In this document: positions 50,170-63,837 of the stretch, in pieces
How the letters are laid out: each line of letters begins with the position of its first letter
Numbering within the stretch: position 1 is the stretch's first letter
Assembly (NCBI RefSeq): GCF_037042905.1
Contig: NC_087246.1
Location: forward strand, 20,460,001-20,524,000
From: Lytechinus pictus
Lineage: Eukaryota
Length of the DNA: 64,000 nucleotides
Direction of reading: 5' to 3'
Made by a program: the position numbers and the translations under genes
The notes under the pieces: model-generated
Databases searched by the model: none
What the model was told of the DNA's origin: nothing
Seen by the model: only the letters and a program-made list of their open reading frames with translations

Positions 50170-51791
50170 ATCACAGGCCTTCCATAGTCACAATTGATCT
50201 ACAAAGTCTGTTTTAAGACAAAAAACTCCAGGATTACAGTCATCTCGTAATGAAAGACTGTAAATACAAACGGCTGCTTATTACCACCAATAATAAACAG
50301 AAAGACATACGACTGAAGATTCAGAGAAAGAATATACAATCATCAAAAGAACATTGGCAAGATATCAACTAAATTTAAAATCCAATGTTTTAAAGACAAC
50401 AAGGTATAATTAAGTTGATAAGCTTCATTCATTTGATCCACCCAATAAAGCGTCCTCATTGCAACTTGTTTAGATTAACTTTACGTAGATTTGTTCCCTA
50501 TTTATTTACAATTGGAAATAAATTGTAATGCCTTTTTCTCCATCAATTCAACATCAATTGAATCCTATCAGATATATTTTAAAACCTTCACTCATGGAAC
50601 ATCATAGCAAATCCTCATTGAAGTAAACCAAAGACTTGATGTATTTCCTAGTTTATTTATTGAAAAAAGGACACACTGGAATTACACACTTTTCTATACA
50701 TATCTTGAAATAATTTGTTACTCTATCGCCTAGATAAAACAAAATGATTTTTTAAATGGGCTGGTCATGTCCCTTCTACACACAGATATTGCTTGGGTAG
50801 GAAATATGGAAGAATTATACAGAAAGTATTAAATCTCACAAGTACTTCCAAAGTACACTCGCTTTGGTCGATACCAGTCGCATTTCACTCCATACAACTT
50901 TACATCCACTATAAATTTACTACAAAAAAGTTACCATATATTATATAGTATTTACACAACTTCACTGGAAAGATAGTTACAGTACTATTTACATTGTGAT
51001 TTTTAATTTCTTTATAGTGTTTATGACAAGTGAGCGTTTTAAGTTCTTGTTTTCCAGTGACAATTGTCTTCATACTCATGTCATCACAATAATGTTTTTA
51101 TTATATTTTCATGTTTCATACACTGAATATGTATTGACTTTCAAGAAGTTTGTAGTCAACAGCTTAATGGCGACTGAGGAACAGTCAAAGATAAATTCTG
51201 ACAGACTGCTTTATTACTTTTTTATTAAATGTTTTAAGATTTTCCTGGTTCTTTTGAAATGTAGACAACTTGACCCAAGTCCATTTCACATAATACAAAA
51301 TAATAGTCCAAGTTTTACACAATGTTTAAGCTGACACTGAACATACATCCAAATAGTACCATCTCACGAATTGTCACCTAGAGAGGGCGCTCACAATATG
51401 TCAGTGTATTTGTCAATATGTTTGAAATGTTGTTTTATTTATACATAGATTTTTTGTGTTCCTGCAAAATACACATAATATTGTGTAGAACCACTTATGA
51501 ATAACCCCCCCAAAAAAACAATGTTCTAATGATTTTGAGTTATAAAGTTCAAATCAATCTGACTTGACGTGAATACATCTTCAACTAAGATAAAAATTAA
51601 CCTACAAAAGGCTTGCTCTTGTGGGTGTATTCAATTCGGCAATTTTCATTCCTTTGATTTTGACCTCTCACTTATTCATAGTATTGAATACATAAAATAT
51701 GCTTTAGTATCATCGGATTGACACAATTCACTGGCTTGCAAGCTGCCTCCAGTTGCATTTAAATTATTTGACAGGTGCATTGTGGGATGCC

Positions 51792-54700
51792 TCACACAAG
51801 CGTCACTGGCTTGCACGTTGCCTCCAGTACCATGCCGTTCATTCTGCTCTCGTGTTCTGCGGTATACACGCTGCCGTCATAGCCATTAGGCCACGATTTC
51901 CGGGGATGAAGATTCGTCATGATACGCTAAATAAATGAAGAAAAATAAAACAAATCCTCCACAGTTAGTCATATGAAAAATCTGAAAGAGTCATAGACAC
52001 AGTGATATTCATAGTCTGGTTCTAGTCTTCTAGTCATAATGGTCTATTTACAGTCATATATTCATACACTAATCAGAGTCTTGGTGTAGTATTTATAGTC
52101 TATTCCTAGTTCAATCATAGTTATGGTCTAGTCAGAATCTTAGTCACATTTATATTCATTGTGTTAGTTATATTTCAGTTATGTACATAATCCTAGTCAT
52201 GTTCCAATTTTCAATATAGTTATAGTGATTGTCTTAATCATATTTATTTGCATAGCCATATTCATCATTATGTTACTAGTTCTGGTCAAAGTCAAACTGA
52301 ACTGGTAAATTTGTAAAGGCTTGAACTGCTTGGCCCCTCATACTTTCACTATCATACATTTATGAATTATTTTGTAAATGTGAAGCCCTAGAAGAGAATA
52401 ACACCCAAAACAATTCAATCCCTCTAAGGAAAGTGAAATGAACCAGTGGAAATGGTCCAGGGCCCCCCATTACATGAAAGTTATTATTATGACAGTAATT
52501 TTGCCATCTCTTGGTATCTTCCATAAAATCCTTGATTGTGATTGGCTGTTTAGCATTGTTACCATGGTAGTTACCATTGGATGGCAAAGTTACTAATATA
52601 CTAATTTATATGCAAAGGGTCTCAGTTGACATAATAAATAATCATTGTGCCTTTCTCTGACCAACCTTTACAACAAACTTTACATACATTAAGTGTTTGG
52701 AGTATTTCTTTTTTTATTCCATACTATCATCAAACTCACCTCCCACAATGAGCCAGGTGTCGTGAGGAGTTGGTAGGCAGCTACGATGGGTATCATGGAG
52801 ATGGATGTACATGTTATCATCCAACCAACGGCTACTGACCATTCAGGGTATTCATAGCTATCCAGGGTAAATGGTGCGTAGTTTGCCAGACCGAACCCCA
52901 TGATGAACTGCAGAAGACAGGAATAGAATGAGAAAGATATAACACTGAGAAAGAATGAGATATGTTTCTGAGCTCGCTTTGAATTGAGGGAGATTTTGAA
53001 TAAGTAGTTTTAAATTTGACCGATGTATCGAATGCTTAAAGTGAGTTTGGAAGGTTATTCCAGAAAAGTGGGGCGGCATGAGTAAAAAGAATGTCCCTCA
53101 TATGTTTTGGTCAAGATTGGAGGGACAATTAGTAAATTATTACTGTCTAGGACTATATGGTCCAATTCCAATATCAAACAACAATGTGGAGGCAAGAGGG
53201 CAATGTAGATATCCAAACACAGCTCTACATTCCAAACTAGCTCCTGGAATTTACTATCAGACTCAATACAAAGGATCATTTCAAGGATCCCAAGCAGAAA
53301 ATTATATACAAGAGAGAGCCTCGAAAATCTTGATGCGGGGAAAATTCAGGGGAGGAGGAAAAGGGGAAGAAAATGGTATTTTGGATGGACTTTATGCAGA
53401 AATTGTTTGAAGAGAGAGGAGTCAAAGAATTGGGAGAGGTGCTTGCAATCTGTTTTGCATACATTACCTGTTGCTATATCTTGTAATTATCCAGCAGGCT
53501 TTCTGGTTTTCTAGAACCCCTCTTCAAAAACAAAACCTAAGATTGGGATTTGGAGAAATCCAATGTATTATTTCAGTCTCATACTCACTATAATCATAAC
53601 AGGGCTGAGGAACATCCAGCAGAACCGCCAATAAAACCCTGGCTTCCATCCGCACATCTCTTCTATGTCTTCTGAAACTTTCTCTGTTGGTATCGTGAGT
53701 CCTAGGTAAGAGAATATAAGCAGGATGATCAAATGCTCATGCTTGTAGCAAGCTATTGATTTATAAGGCAACCTTCCGTCTGCATAATGTTTTTTTTTCA
53801 TTCCCAACATGTATATAACCCTAATTATTATTTAGAAATTCAAAACTCCCATATCAATGCACAGATCAGTGCTGGTAGCATGTGTGTCTCCCTTTGCTCA
53901 AAATTGATATCGCCTCCCTCCCCCTACCTGATGAAAAGTACTGTTCTTTATTGGAGTAGCAGCTGTTTTGCATAAAATTCAGTAAATATTACAAACTTAT
54001 GAAAAAAAATTAAGAGTTACAAACTTATTGATATCAAAATTAAATGGTACCGTAAGAAGTTGTAGAGACATGTGTATCCCTCCTGTTATAATATCTTCAA
54101 TACACCATAGCTGTATTCCCCCCTTATGTAGGCAAAGTGACCATGAGCTGAATGTGATTGCATGGGACTAGTACATTTTTCTTATACAAGAATGCTTTCC
54201 CAAAGGAGTGAAGAGTATTGTATGATTATGAAATAACATAAAAGTTCACCTAGTCAGTGCTCACTGTTCTGTTAATAATGTGGCTAATGATACTAATTTT
54301 TAGCTCTCATTGACCTGCTATGAACAAATAAGAAAACGAAATTTGCCTAGTCAAACACTTAATTTCATATTATAAAATGAAATGTAAGTGAGAAAATGGG
54401 TCATTACCATATAACCATGCTACTGCCAGTGTCTCAAACAAAACCACAAACAATATGGCGTAGTAAGCTGCACAGTTGTCAAATAGATTTACCAGATATG
54501 TGCCACCCTGCAAGAAAAGTTTATCATTATAATTCATGTGAAGTACATAGGATCATTACTAATATCAATAAAGATCATTTAATCTGTAGAGCATTGAACA
54601 GCTAAAGATAGAAGATCTTGATGTACTTAGTGAAAGACGGAACCCTAATAATCTTCTATTTACATATCAAATTCATATTTTGGAGAAAAAATACAAATAA

Positions 54701-57700
54701 GAAAGGCAAAGCAGTGTTTGATTGAATTGATACTTTCCGCAAATTCTCATGTAGCATGTTTTACAAGAGTTTGACTAAAGAGATACAATACAAAAACCAC
54801 CAATAATTTCAAAAGTCCAAGTTTAATTCTATACCTTGAATTAACATCTCAACATCTTTTTTTAATTTCATTTTACTTGGATGAACCAAACTTACCTCCT
54901 AATACATGCATAATGATTTTTTGTTTGGTTATTTTGAATAACCAGCAAAACTATGACTTTCATTATACACATCAATACGCAAAATATATTTTGTTCAAAT
55001 ACATGTGCATTTTAATTTTAGTGTTTATATAAATTTGTTAAGATATGAAGCTATGTGTATACATTATGTTACTTAATTACGTATTTCTTAAGTATTTGTT
55101 ATAAAATCGACTGTCTTATTCCAACTCGTTGTTTACAGTGTATTATGCAAATATCTCGCTACTGTAAAGAAATTTACTATTAAAATATCCTAAGAGAATT
55201 ACAGAATTAAGTTGTCATTGGGATAAGTTTGCTCTGATAGATACCAACCTGGGATGTGAATGCTAAACCAACCAAAAAGTAGAGTGCAAAGAGGAAGGCG
55301 ATAAAGATCTCACGATGCTTCTTTACCACCTTAGGGAACTGATCACCAAGACCTGTCAGGATTGCTTCTGATCCACCAAACTTGAATGGAAACAATCAAA
55401 TTTAATAATTGTGTCATAATATCACTGGTTAATGACTTAACTGCATGTGTATATAATAGATTAAAGCAAAATATTTTATTCATTTATTTATTTACCTACA
55501 TTTATTTATGTATGTATGTATTATTTATATATTTATTTATTTTTTTATTTACTCTCTCGGGAAAAATAGAGCCTTTGACCAGAAGAATATGAAAGAGACA
55601 TTTAATATTTTGAATGATATGAAAATAGGTCCAAAAATACATTGAAAATTGTTTAGGAGTATTAGGTCTTCACATTTTAATTTCATATATTTTCTAATTT
55701 CAATGACAACTATTCTTTTTTTTTTCAAGAAAAGGTCAACTATCTGCATTCAAATAGTTGTTCACAGTCTTTTGCACAACACTTTAAGGTCGCAAATTCA
55801 AAGTCAAACTTCATTTCAGGTCACAAGGTTGGGAATTCTGCTAAAATGTCTTACACAATGCTCGTGTTATCATGCAAGCCTGAATTCAATGCAGTGGACA
55901 TATCCCCTGTGGATTTAAAATAGATCTAGAATGGATATGAAACTGCAATTATTTTTGAACTATTATATAAATCACATAGAATGGAATATTAGTTACCGAG
56001 CTGTCAAGACCCAGTGTGAGCAGCATGAGAAAGAAGAGGACGGACCAGACATTGGCGCCGGGCATCGTAGCTAATGCTTCAGGATATGTCACAAAGACAA
56101 GTCCAGGTCCTGATGGTATAAAATGAAATTACTGTGAAATCTTGATGTAAGGGGGATAAAGTTTGGATTATACTTCATTGAACAATGTATTTTTCTTATA
56201 AGTTAATGATAATGATGATAATTCGTAATTTCATATTACAAGATTTCTTTGAAAGTATGAACTCCACTGTGCATTACATAGTAAATAATGCTAACAACTT
56301 ATTTATTCTAAAAACTTGTTTTAAGATTCAAATATGAGTCTTTGGAAATGTTTTTCAGTACAAATACACTTTAAAAGTAACTCAGATAAAAGATCGCCTT
56401 ACTAAGAAAAGTATCTGTCACATTTGCTTCATTTTCCTTTTTTTTTGGAAGTTACAGGTAATATAGCAGGAAATTGCTCTGCGATCACTTTGAAATTTTG
56501 GTTTCATTGTGAAATTGATAGTCCTACTTCACATACCTTTCTTTTGCTCCTTTTAAAATAGTAATGCATCAAAAATCAGTATGAGAAGTTGTACTTACCT
56601 TCTGTTGCTACTTGGTCAATAGACTGTTTGTTACGATCTGCCATGTAACCCAATACTGCAAACACCACAAAACCAGCAAGGAAACTTGTACAGCAATTGA
56701 TAGTACTTGTCAACAATGCGTCTCTGCAAAAAAGGAAGGGAGGAATGGGAAGAACATGTTTAAAATGTGTCACTTTGGAAATGTCGCGGTTCAGTGGTAC
56801 TGACTTTCATTTTGTAATCGGAGGGCTATGTGCCTATGTTCGAATGTGTTGATCTTTTCCACGGGCGTAGATACGGTCGTGGCGCCACGCGATTTAAGTG
56901 TGGATGATAGAGACCCCCCTCCCAGAACGGTAGGTTTGCTGCTCGAATCTACCCCAGTGAACATAGGCCTAATCGTCAACAACCGATCCGGCATGCCGAG
57001 ACGACTAATCCACTGCTACCACTTCTTCTCAAGTCGTCAATGTTCAGTCCATCTACTCCTATATAGCTCTGAACTTCTTCTCTTCATCGCTGTCTTCCAA
57101 TTCATCAATTCCTTTCAGTTGCTAATCTACTCATTGCCACTCAATAATCATCACTGTCAGTTCACAATTCTTCAACTCATCTACTACTCTTCATTTTCTC
57201 ATCTACTCATCACCGTTCATCCACCCATTACTACCAGATCTTCTTAATTCATCAACTCATCTACTTCTCTCAACTTCTCATCCACTCATCACCGATCATC
57301 TATTTATTGCTACCAGTTCTTCTCAAATTTATTCATGGAGTGATATAATACTCTCAACTGCTCATCCACTCATCGCCGCTCATCTATTCATCGGTGCCAG
57401 GGCTTCTCAATTCATTCATCTCCTCCTTTCAATTCCTCTACTCATTCCCGCTCATCCAGTCATCACGGCCCATTCTTCAGTCATCAACTCATCTACTCCT
57501 TTCTACTGTTTTATACTCATTGCCGCTCTTCCGCACATCACTGTCACTTCTTCTCCATTCATCAACTCATCTAGTACTCTCAAATGCTCATCTACTCATC
57601 GCCGATCGTCTATTCATCGTTACCAGTTCTTCTCAAATTTATTGATCAACTGATATAGTACTTTCAACTGCTCATCCACTCATCGCCGCTCATCTATTCA

Positions 57701-59495
57701 TCGGTACCAGGACTTCTCATTTCATTCATCTACTTCTTTTAAATGTTCCTCTACTCTTTCCCGCTTACCCACTCATCACTACTAGGACCAATCAACTCAT
57801 CTCAGCACTCTTATTTTCTAATTAATCATTCTCAATTAGTTTGCAGTCACCCTGAGGACTTACACATGCATCACGAAAGACACTTATCACATTTCAGGAC
57901 TAACCAATCTTAAAGATCGGTTAGTCGCTTCTTTAACTCTTGCTTGAAAATCATGGGAGCGTTTCATTATGAAAGGTTGTCATAAGAATAGGCCTATGGC
58001 AACTTTCCCAGGTTGGGATGAGTGCATTGTAACAGTTCGATAATGACAACCTGAAGTGCTGACGACACTCATGACCTGCCCCCCTCATATGTTCTGATTT
58101 AATTCCATACGTTAATTAATTATCTTCCTGAGTGATAACCTCGGTATAACATAACATTATCAATCAAACCAGTTATCTGAAATTCGTGATCGATTTCAAA
58201 CCGTCTATCGTTCCGGGGTCTGATATTAGTATTAGGCAGCTTTAGACTTGCGGCGCAACTTCTGTGAGGCGCTTATTTGGTAAAATATCGTTAATCGTTA
58301 TGCGCGTGTGCAGAACAGTTGATCCCATGTCTTGCTCATGTGCGTTACAATGTTTTTTTTTTTTTCTTTCCTTTTAATTCCGGAGAATAAAAAATAACCT
58401 TTATTTCATAATATAAAGAAAATAATAACGAATCAAATTATTTTACATAACTCTATATTCATTCTTTTACATGCAGTAAATTCTTGGCCACATTTGCGCG
58501 TTCATAGAAGTTGCATCGCAGATCTAAAGCTACCGAGTACAGCACTTGATGAGATTACTTACTTATAGATATTGTTGTGGAATCTGTTGTAGCTTGAAAG
58601 TGCAAGAAGAACACCAAATCCAGGGCCAAGAGAGAAACAGATCTGTGTGGCGGCATCAACCCATACCTGCAATCATAAAAATGTATGGTGCATTATGAAT
58701 CATAATTTTATTATATATAAAATAAACGAACCGCAGCGTTAGTAATGAGAATGGTGAATATGTCCATTTTGCTTTATTTTGTTGCTTCAATGCGCCTTAA
58801 ACACATTGCCAGCTTCGGATTTGCGGCGATGCAATTTCTGTGACGCATTTATTTTGCCCCAAAAATGTTATGAGCATGAGCATAATTAGATTAGCTGTTC
58901 TTCGCAAGCGCGCAGCGATGTTTTGGCCAAATAGAAGTTACGTCGCCTACAGGCCTATACTGATACCAAAATGAAAACATTCAGATTTCCAACAAATTTG
59001 CAAAACTTTCATCTTCGAAATCAACAGCATGATCGGCAATTGACATTATATTGCGTAGGCTGCACTTTATGAAATAATGTTTGTGATAATTAAAATGATG
59101 ATCATAATATTTCTGTCATCCGCGTCATTTTTCGTTATCACCATCTTCACTACCACGACCACAAATCTGATTATGATTATCAAGATAACCATCACTATCA
59201 TCTGATCATCGTCGTCATGATCATCACAATAATCATCTCGCCTTATTCATAATCATCATAATCATCGTCATCATCATGATCCTCCTCCTCCTCCTCATCA
59301 ACTTTCATCATCAGTAAGATCACTTAACTTGTATCAAGTATTTTCTGAGGATGTACTCACTGAAGCAGTTAGCAGACGATCCCATTTCGGAATGAGGTAA
59401 TACTTGATCCCCTCGCCAGCGCCAGGTAGAGTCACACCCCTGATAAGCAGACAGAATAATACCACGTACGGAAGGGTAGCTGTTATCCATACAAC
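51792..59495 (-). CDS. DAT: SLC6 Na+/Cl- monoamine transporter, invertebrate dopamine-transporter-like (3' part, ~TM5 to C-terminus; 5' exons outside window)
   Basis: Exons 59495-59361, 58666-58563, 56723-56599, 56109-55997, 55380-55249, 54507-54408, 53701-53589, 52907-52740, 51926-51792, all GT-AG and in frame: [101 protein letters not shown], ending KPVTLV*. The SLC6 monoamine call is firm; the DAT subtype rests on LDSSFGGSEA and is less certain. Confidence 0.85.
52010..52290. repeat. Degenerate (TAGTCA/TAGTTA)-type simple repeat in the last DAT intron
   Basis: Recurrent tagtc/tagtt hexamers. Confidence 0.55.
57010..57835. repeat. Degenerate CT-rich minisatellite (ctcatctactc core) with ~300-bp higher-order duplication
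   Basis: Repeated tcaactcatctact / ttcttctcaaatttatt / ctcatccactcatcgccgctcatctattcatcggt (57361 and 57671). Confidence 0.75.
58234..58533. mobile_element. MITE with ~35-bp imperfect TIRs; partial relative at ~58810
   Basis: ggcagctttagacttgcggcgcaacttctgtga / tcatagaagttgcatcgcagatctaaagctacc. Confidence 0.55.
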
Positions 59496-59784
59496 CTAGA
59501 AAGAAAAAAAGAGGCGTTTCACCAGTAGTTTCGTTCCAACGTCACGTGATTTGGATACAAACAATATCCACAGGAACTTTTCATCAACGTCTGCTGTGTG
59601 AGAACTTTCCTTGATTTTGATTGATTTTGATTGGTTGGGAAGCACGGTTGACTGACTGTTACTATAGTAACTGTCGGGTAAATCGTGCTTTGTTAACTAA
59701 AACATCCTTTCATGAAATGTCCCCTCCGTTAATTTATGACTTGCATCAGCTAGTATTTGCAGAAATACAAGAACCTACCTTTAA

Positions 59785-60204
59785 AGGCCACCGCACACCT
59801 TACGACTGTTTGCGATCCGATTTTGGAACAAATCGCATTTTGCTCATTTTCTGAAAATGTGAATGGAACATATCATTTCATTTGAGGTTTAAATAATTAT
59901 TAATTGAAAGAATACTAATATAAACATTTTGAAAGATTGCAAGCCTTTATTTCGGAGTAAAGGCCAAATTAGTTTCATATCGTAGCTAATCATACGACTG
60001 CTATGACGTCATTACGACTAGATATTTAATTCGCTTTTATTCTAAGAAGGATGATAGCATAGTCACAGATTTGAACATAGGTATTCGTACGATGATTTAG
60101 AACATTACACAGTAAGATATTCCAAATCTCAATGTTAGCATCAAATCCTACTACATTTTATTCTGAAATCGGATCGCAGACCAATTGTAAGGTGTGTGGT
60201 CGCC
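59785..60204. mobile_element. Kolobok-type MITE (TTAA-flanked)
   Basis: TTAA-AGGCCACCGCACACCTTACGA ... TGTAAGGTGTGTGGTCGCC-TTAA. Confidence 0.65.
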
Positions 60205-61349
60205 TTAAGACAAGTAATCACAGATTTCACTCTTTAGTTTTAAGTGATATAGGGCAAGATAAACATGATAAAAAGAGTCTAAATTATATTCGTATATGTC
60301 GTTCAAGGGAGCCGTAACTTAAAACTGTTCGAAGTTGAGAGTGGCTGGTCTCCTTTCTTGTGGTAAATTTTATTCACCATTAAAATGTTCATTGGTGATA
60401 GCGTGTAAGAAAGGTTCACCAGTCGTTCGTAAAGTCGCTCTTAACTTAAGAACAGCTTTATGAAACACCCACCCGGTATGACATCGTAACGATCATCGTC
60501 ATATGAAATATAATAAGTTTGTTCTGATATGTTTCATGCAACCCACTGAACTATCTGTGTCATGTGAATCGAGGATTTCCTGAAGTAGTGAACAACATGA
60601 ACTGCTGACAACCTTTGCGGGTGGACAGACTCTAAACCCGAGTGTTTGTCGACCGCAATCGAACGAGTTACACGACTCGGACGACGGGCGATGCTACTCG
60701 CATTCCCCTCCGCCATCGATTGGGGGGAAGACACTTGAAATTGATGACCATGAACCAGTCACATCGTACTTGTAGGTTGGGGAATGATGTAAGACTGGTA
60801 AAAACAATTGTGATTTGGCTAGATTATCGACTAATCCAATTACTTTGAATACGAACCGGGTGATTAATAATTCATGTTGTCGATCGTTGTCTTTATATGG
60901 GTCTGCATGACTGATGCCGAGTTAATCGAGATTGGAATAGGAGCCCGAATATAAACCCCGGCAACTAACGATTGGGCTTCGAATTCTGATATCACGGCAG
61001 CTTATGCCTACGTGTCGTTTTGTAGAATATGGAAAAGGATATATGATTTTTAATTTGTGATCACCAAAATCAAAACAGAATAACGGGAAGTTGGCTCTGT
61101 GGTAGCATGTCCGCCTCTTGACCATGTAGGTGCGATCCCCAGTCTCCGTCATCCCGAGGAATTAACAAATCGCCCTTTTTTCCAAGCACAACCTGGTTGA
61201 ACTAAATCGGAGAAGAGTAATTACAGTCATGTACAATATAATCGGAAGTTTACGATTCAAGACGGGAGCCTGCATGAAGGTAATCGGGGACGGTAACTCC
61301 CTCGGTGCACCATTAAAAGCCCAAATCGACCATGCAACCTATCTATAGC

Positions 61350-63199
61350 CAGCGGCGTAACATGGGTCGGTGGCCGGGGGGGGGGGGGGGGGGGGGGGCA
61401 AGAGCCAAAAATTTCCCGGTCATATCATGGAACAGGCAATGGCGTAATAAGGCAACAATTTTGAGGGGGCGATATGGCGTATCGGGCAAATATATATATA
61501 TATATATATATAAGCGAGCGAGCAAAATTTTTTGACATTTTTGTTGCAAAAATCCAATTTTGTGATAGGTTTTGACATAATGTTAAAAAGATTATATTAT
61601 ATTTCACCCTCCTCTCTTTCCTTTTTTTCTCTCTTTTTTGTACGCCACGGTGAACAGGATTTTTGTTATGACTGTGAGCATCAGGGCGAAGCTCTATATG
61701 CTCGAGGGGGCCGAGTATGGCGCTTCTGGCAAAAAGTAGCTTAATATAGGTCCCGAGCGAGCGAAGCGAGCGAGATAAAAAAATTCACCTTTTCATGAGA
61801 ATCTAACATGAAGATAGATTTTAACGTGATATTCAGAAAAATATAATACACTTTCCTTTCTTTCCTCATTTTTTTTGTTTGGTTGTAGAACTTTTGGGGG
61901 CCATGGTCCAAACTCATCCATATAACAGTGCTTTATGGGTGGGGTCCAGGGCAGAGCCCCGGAACCTCTTGATATCAAAGCCATTTTAAACCTTACGGAT
62001 GGCCACTTATTTTAATCAAATTGCGTGTATATTTATATAGTTTTAACACAACACATTAATTCAATACAGTTGTGTATCGTAATCATCCAAATATTGTGAG
62101 GGGCACACCATAGCAAATGTGGGAAAAAATTTAAAAAGTCGCCAGCGAGCGAAGCGAGCCAGAAAAAAATGGCCTTTTAAAATGAAATTCTAATTACGTG
62201 ATAGATTTTTACATCATTATAGCAAATATCATGTCATATTTTATTTTCATTCATCTCATTTCGCTGCCTCCTTTATTTTCTTTTATTTCCCCTTGGCTGT
62301 GGAACCACCCCCCCGGTACGCCAGTGCTTCAACGTAAAGCTTAATGCAGGAAGGGTCCATACATGGGCCCGTTATAGAACCCATTAAAGGTTACAGATGA
62401 AGAGCCCCCACTGCACGGGGTCTTGACTCTTGGACAGAGCCTTTGGAGATTTAGCAAGTTTATGATAGACTTTCATACGACATTATGCTATATACCATCC
62501 ATTTTTCTTCCCGCTCGTTATCTCAATCCTCGGCAGCCCGGTAGTGTACGTTATCTTGTCCCTATTCTTTATTTTCCAATTTAGATTTTGGCTAATTCCA
62601 TTCTGCCTTTATTTCCCGCTTTTGTTTGCCTTTTTGTCATCTTTAATTTATTTCCCTGTCTTACTAATCCCTCGGATTACTATCCCTCGGATAGGACGTT
62701 AAATGGAGGCCCCGTGTAGAGGAGAGTCACCACCTTTGCACGTTAAGAACCCACTGCACTATTCGTATAAGAGTAGGGGGAAACCCCGGTGTAGTGGTCC
62801 ACCTGCATTCCCCCAATCAGTTATATCGGGAGGAGAGACCTGCGGGTCATAGTGATTCAGTTCGCTTTTCGCCTCCCAGGCACAGGTGACGCCAAACAAA
62901 TAATAATAATAATAAAATGCTAATGTATTTGTATATCGGGGCGAATTGTTCTTTCTCACTTGTTCTTTTTTCCTTCCTTTTCCCGTTATCTTTCCGTTTT
63001 CCCTTTTTTATGTTTTTTCTTAGTTTTCTTTTCCCTTTTCCTTTCCCTTTCCCCTTTTTCCTTTCCTTTACCTTTCCCTTCCCTCCCCCCTTTTTTTTTC
63101 TTTTTCCCGTTTTTTAAATATATTTTCCCGGTGAGCTCCGCCAGGGGGGGGGGGCAGCTTGCCCCCCCCCCCCCTGCCCCCCCGCCTGTTACGCCACTG
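61350..63199 (-). mobile_element. Non-autonomous hAT-type element, copy C (reverse orientation)
   Basis: TIRs CAGCGGCGTAACATGG / CCTGTTACGCCACTG; perfect 8-bp TSD TCTATAGC (61342-49, 63200-07). Confidence 0.92.
62670..62916 (+). mobile_element. 5'-truncated SINE with Deu/Nin-domain-like core and (TAA)n tail, nested in hAT copy C
   Basis: Core ggataggacgttaaa...gcacgttaagaaccc...ttcgtataagagtagggg...ccccggtgt resembles the DeuSINE/Nin domain; tail aaataataataataataaa. The empty site ttactaatc|atgctaatg is seen in copy B. Confidence 0.7.
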
Positions 63200-63837
63200 T
63201 CTATAGCCAACATTCGCAATGTACATCACTGCAAACATTAAGTTCAATTCACAATTTATTTATAAACATGTCGTGCAGTAAAGAAAATATTTAATGTCCG
63301 CACAAAGAACCACGTATAGTCCTGTTAACATTTTGCTTGTTGGAGTCAGATGGTCACTATACAAAAACTATTTTCCAGACGTCATGGATTAACAGATCCA
63401 AAGCCTCTACTTGTCTGGATACCAAGAAAATGACAGCGGTAGCGAGCCCGCGTGAGCAGAAGTGATGGATTGTTTGAAAGGACATGAAAGAAGGGATTAA
63501 AATCAATAAGGAACAGTTCCATTGGAAAATACATTTACATGGTTCTGCGAGTCGTCGTTAACAGTCGTCTCTCATCATAAGATCGTTAATTCCATATTTT
63601 TCGTATGCTGGCACGCAAGAAGATCCAAGAACCGTTTAAAGAAAGTTTTCGGCGCTGACAAGATGTCATTATCCAATAGTAGTTACCATAGTAAAAGCCA
63701 GACATTTGTGCTTCCCAGCCAACCAAGACCGATGATAATACATGTTTAATTGCCACTGATCTATAACAACTTGTCAGACGACAAATATTGACGAAACACT
63801 CCCCAGAATGCTAAGTAGCTATCATGGATTGATAATA

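Noticed and set aside
47600-51790. Possible long DAT 3'UTR overlapping the PPIL2 3' end
   Set aside because: The genes are convergent, but transcript ends cannot be placed from sequence alone.
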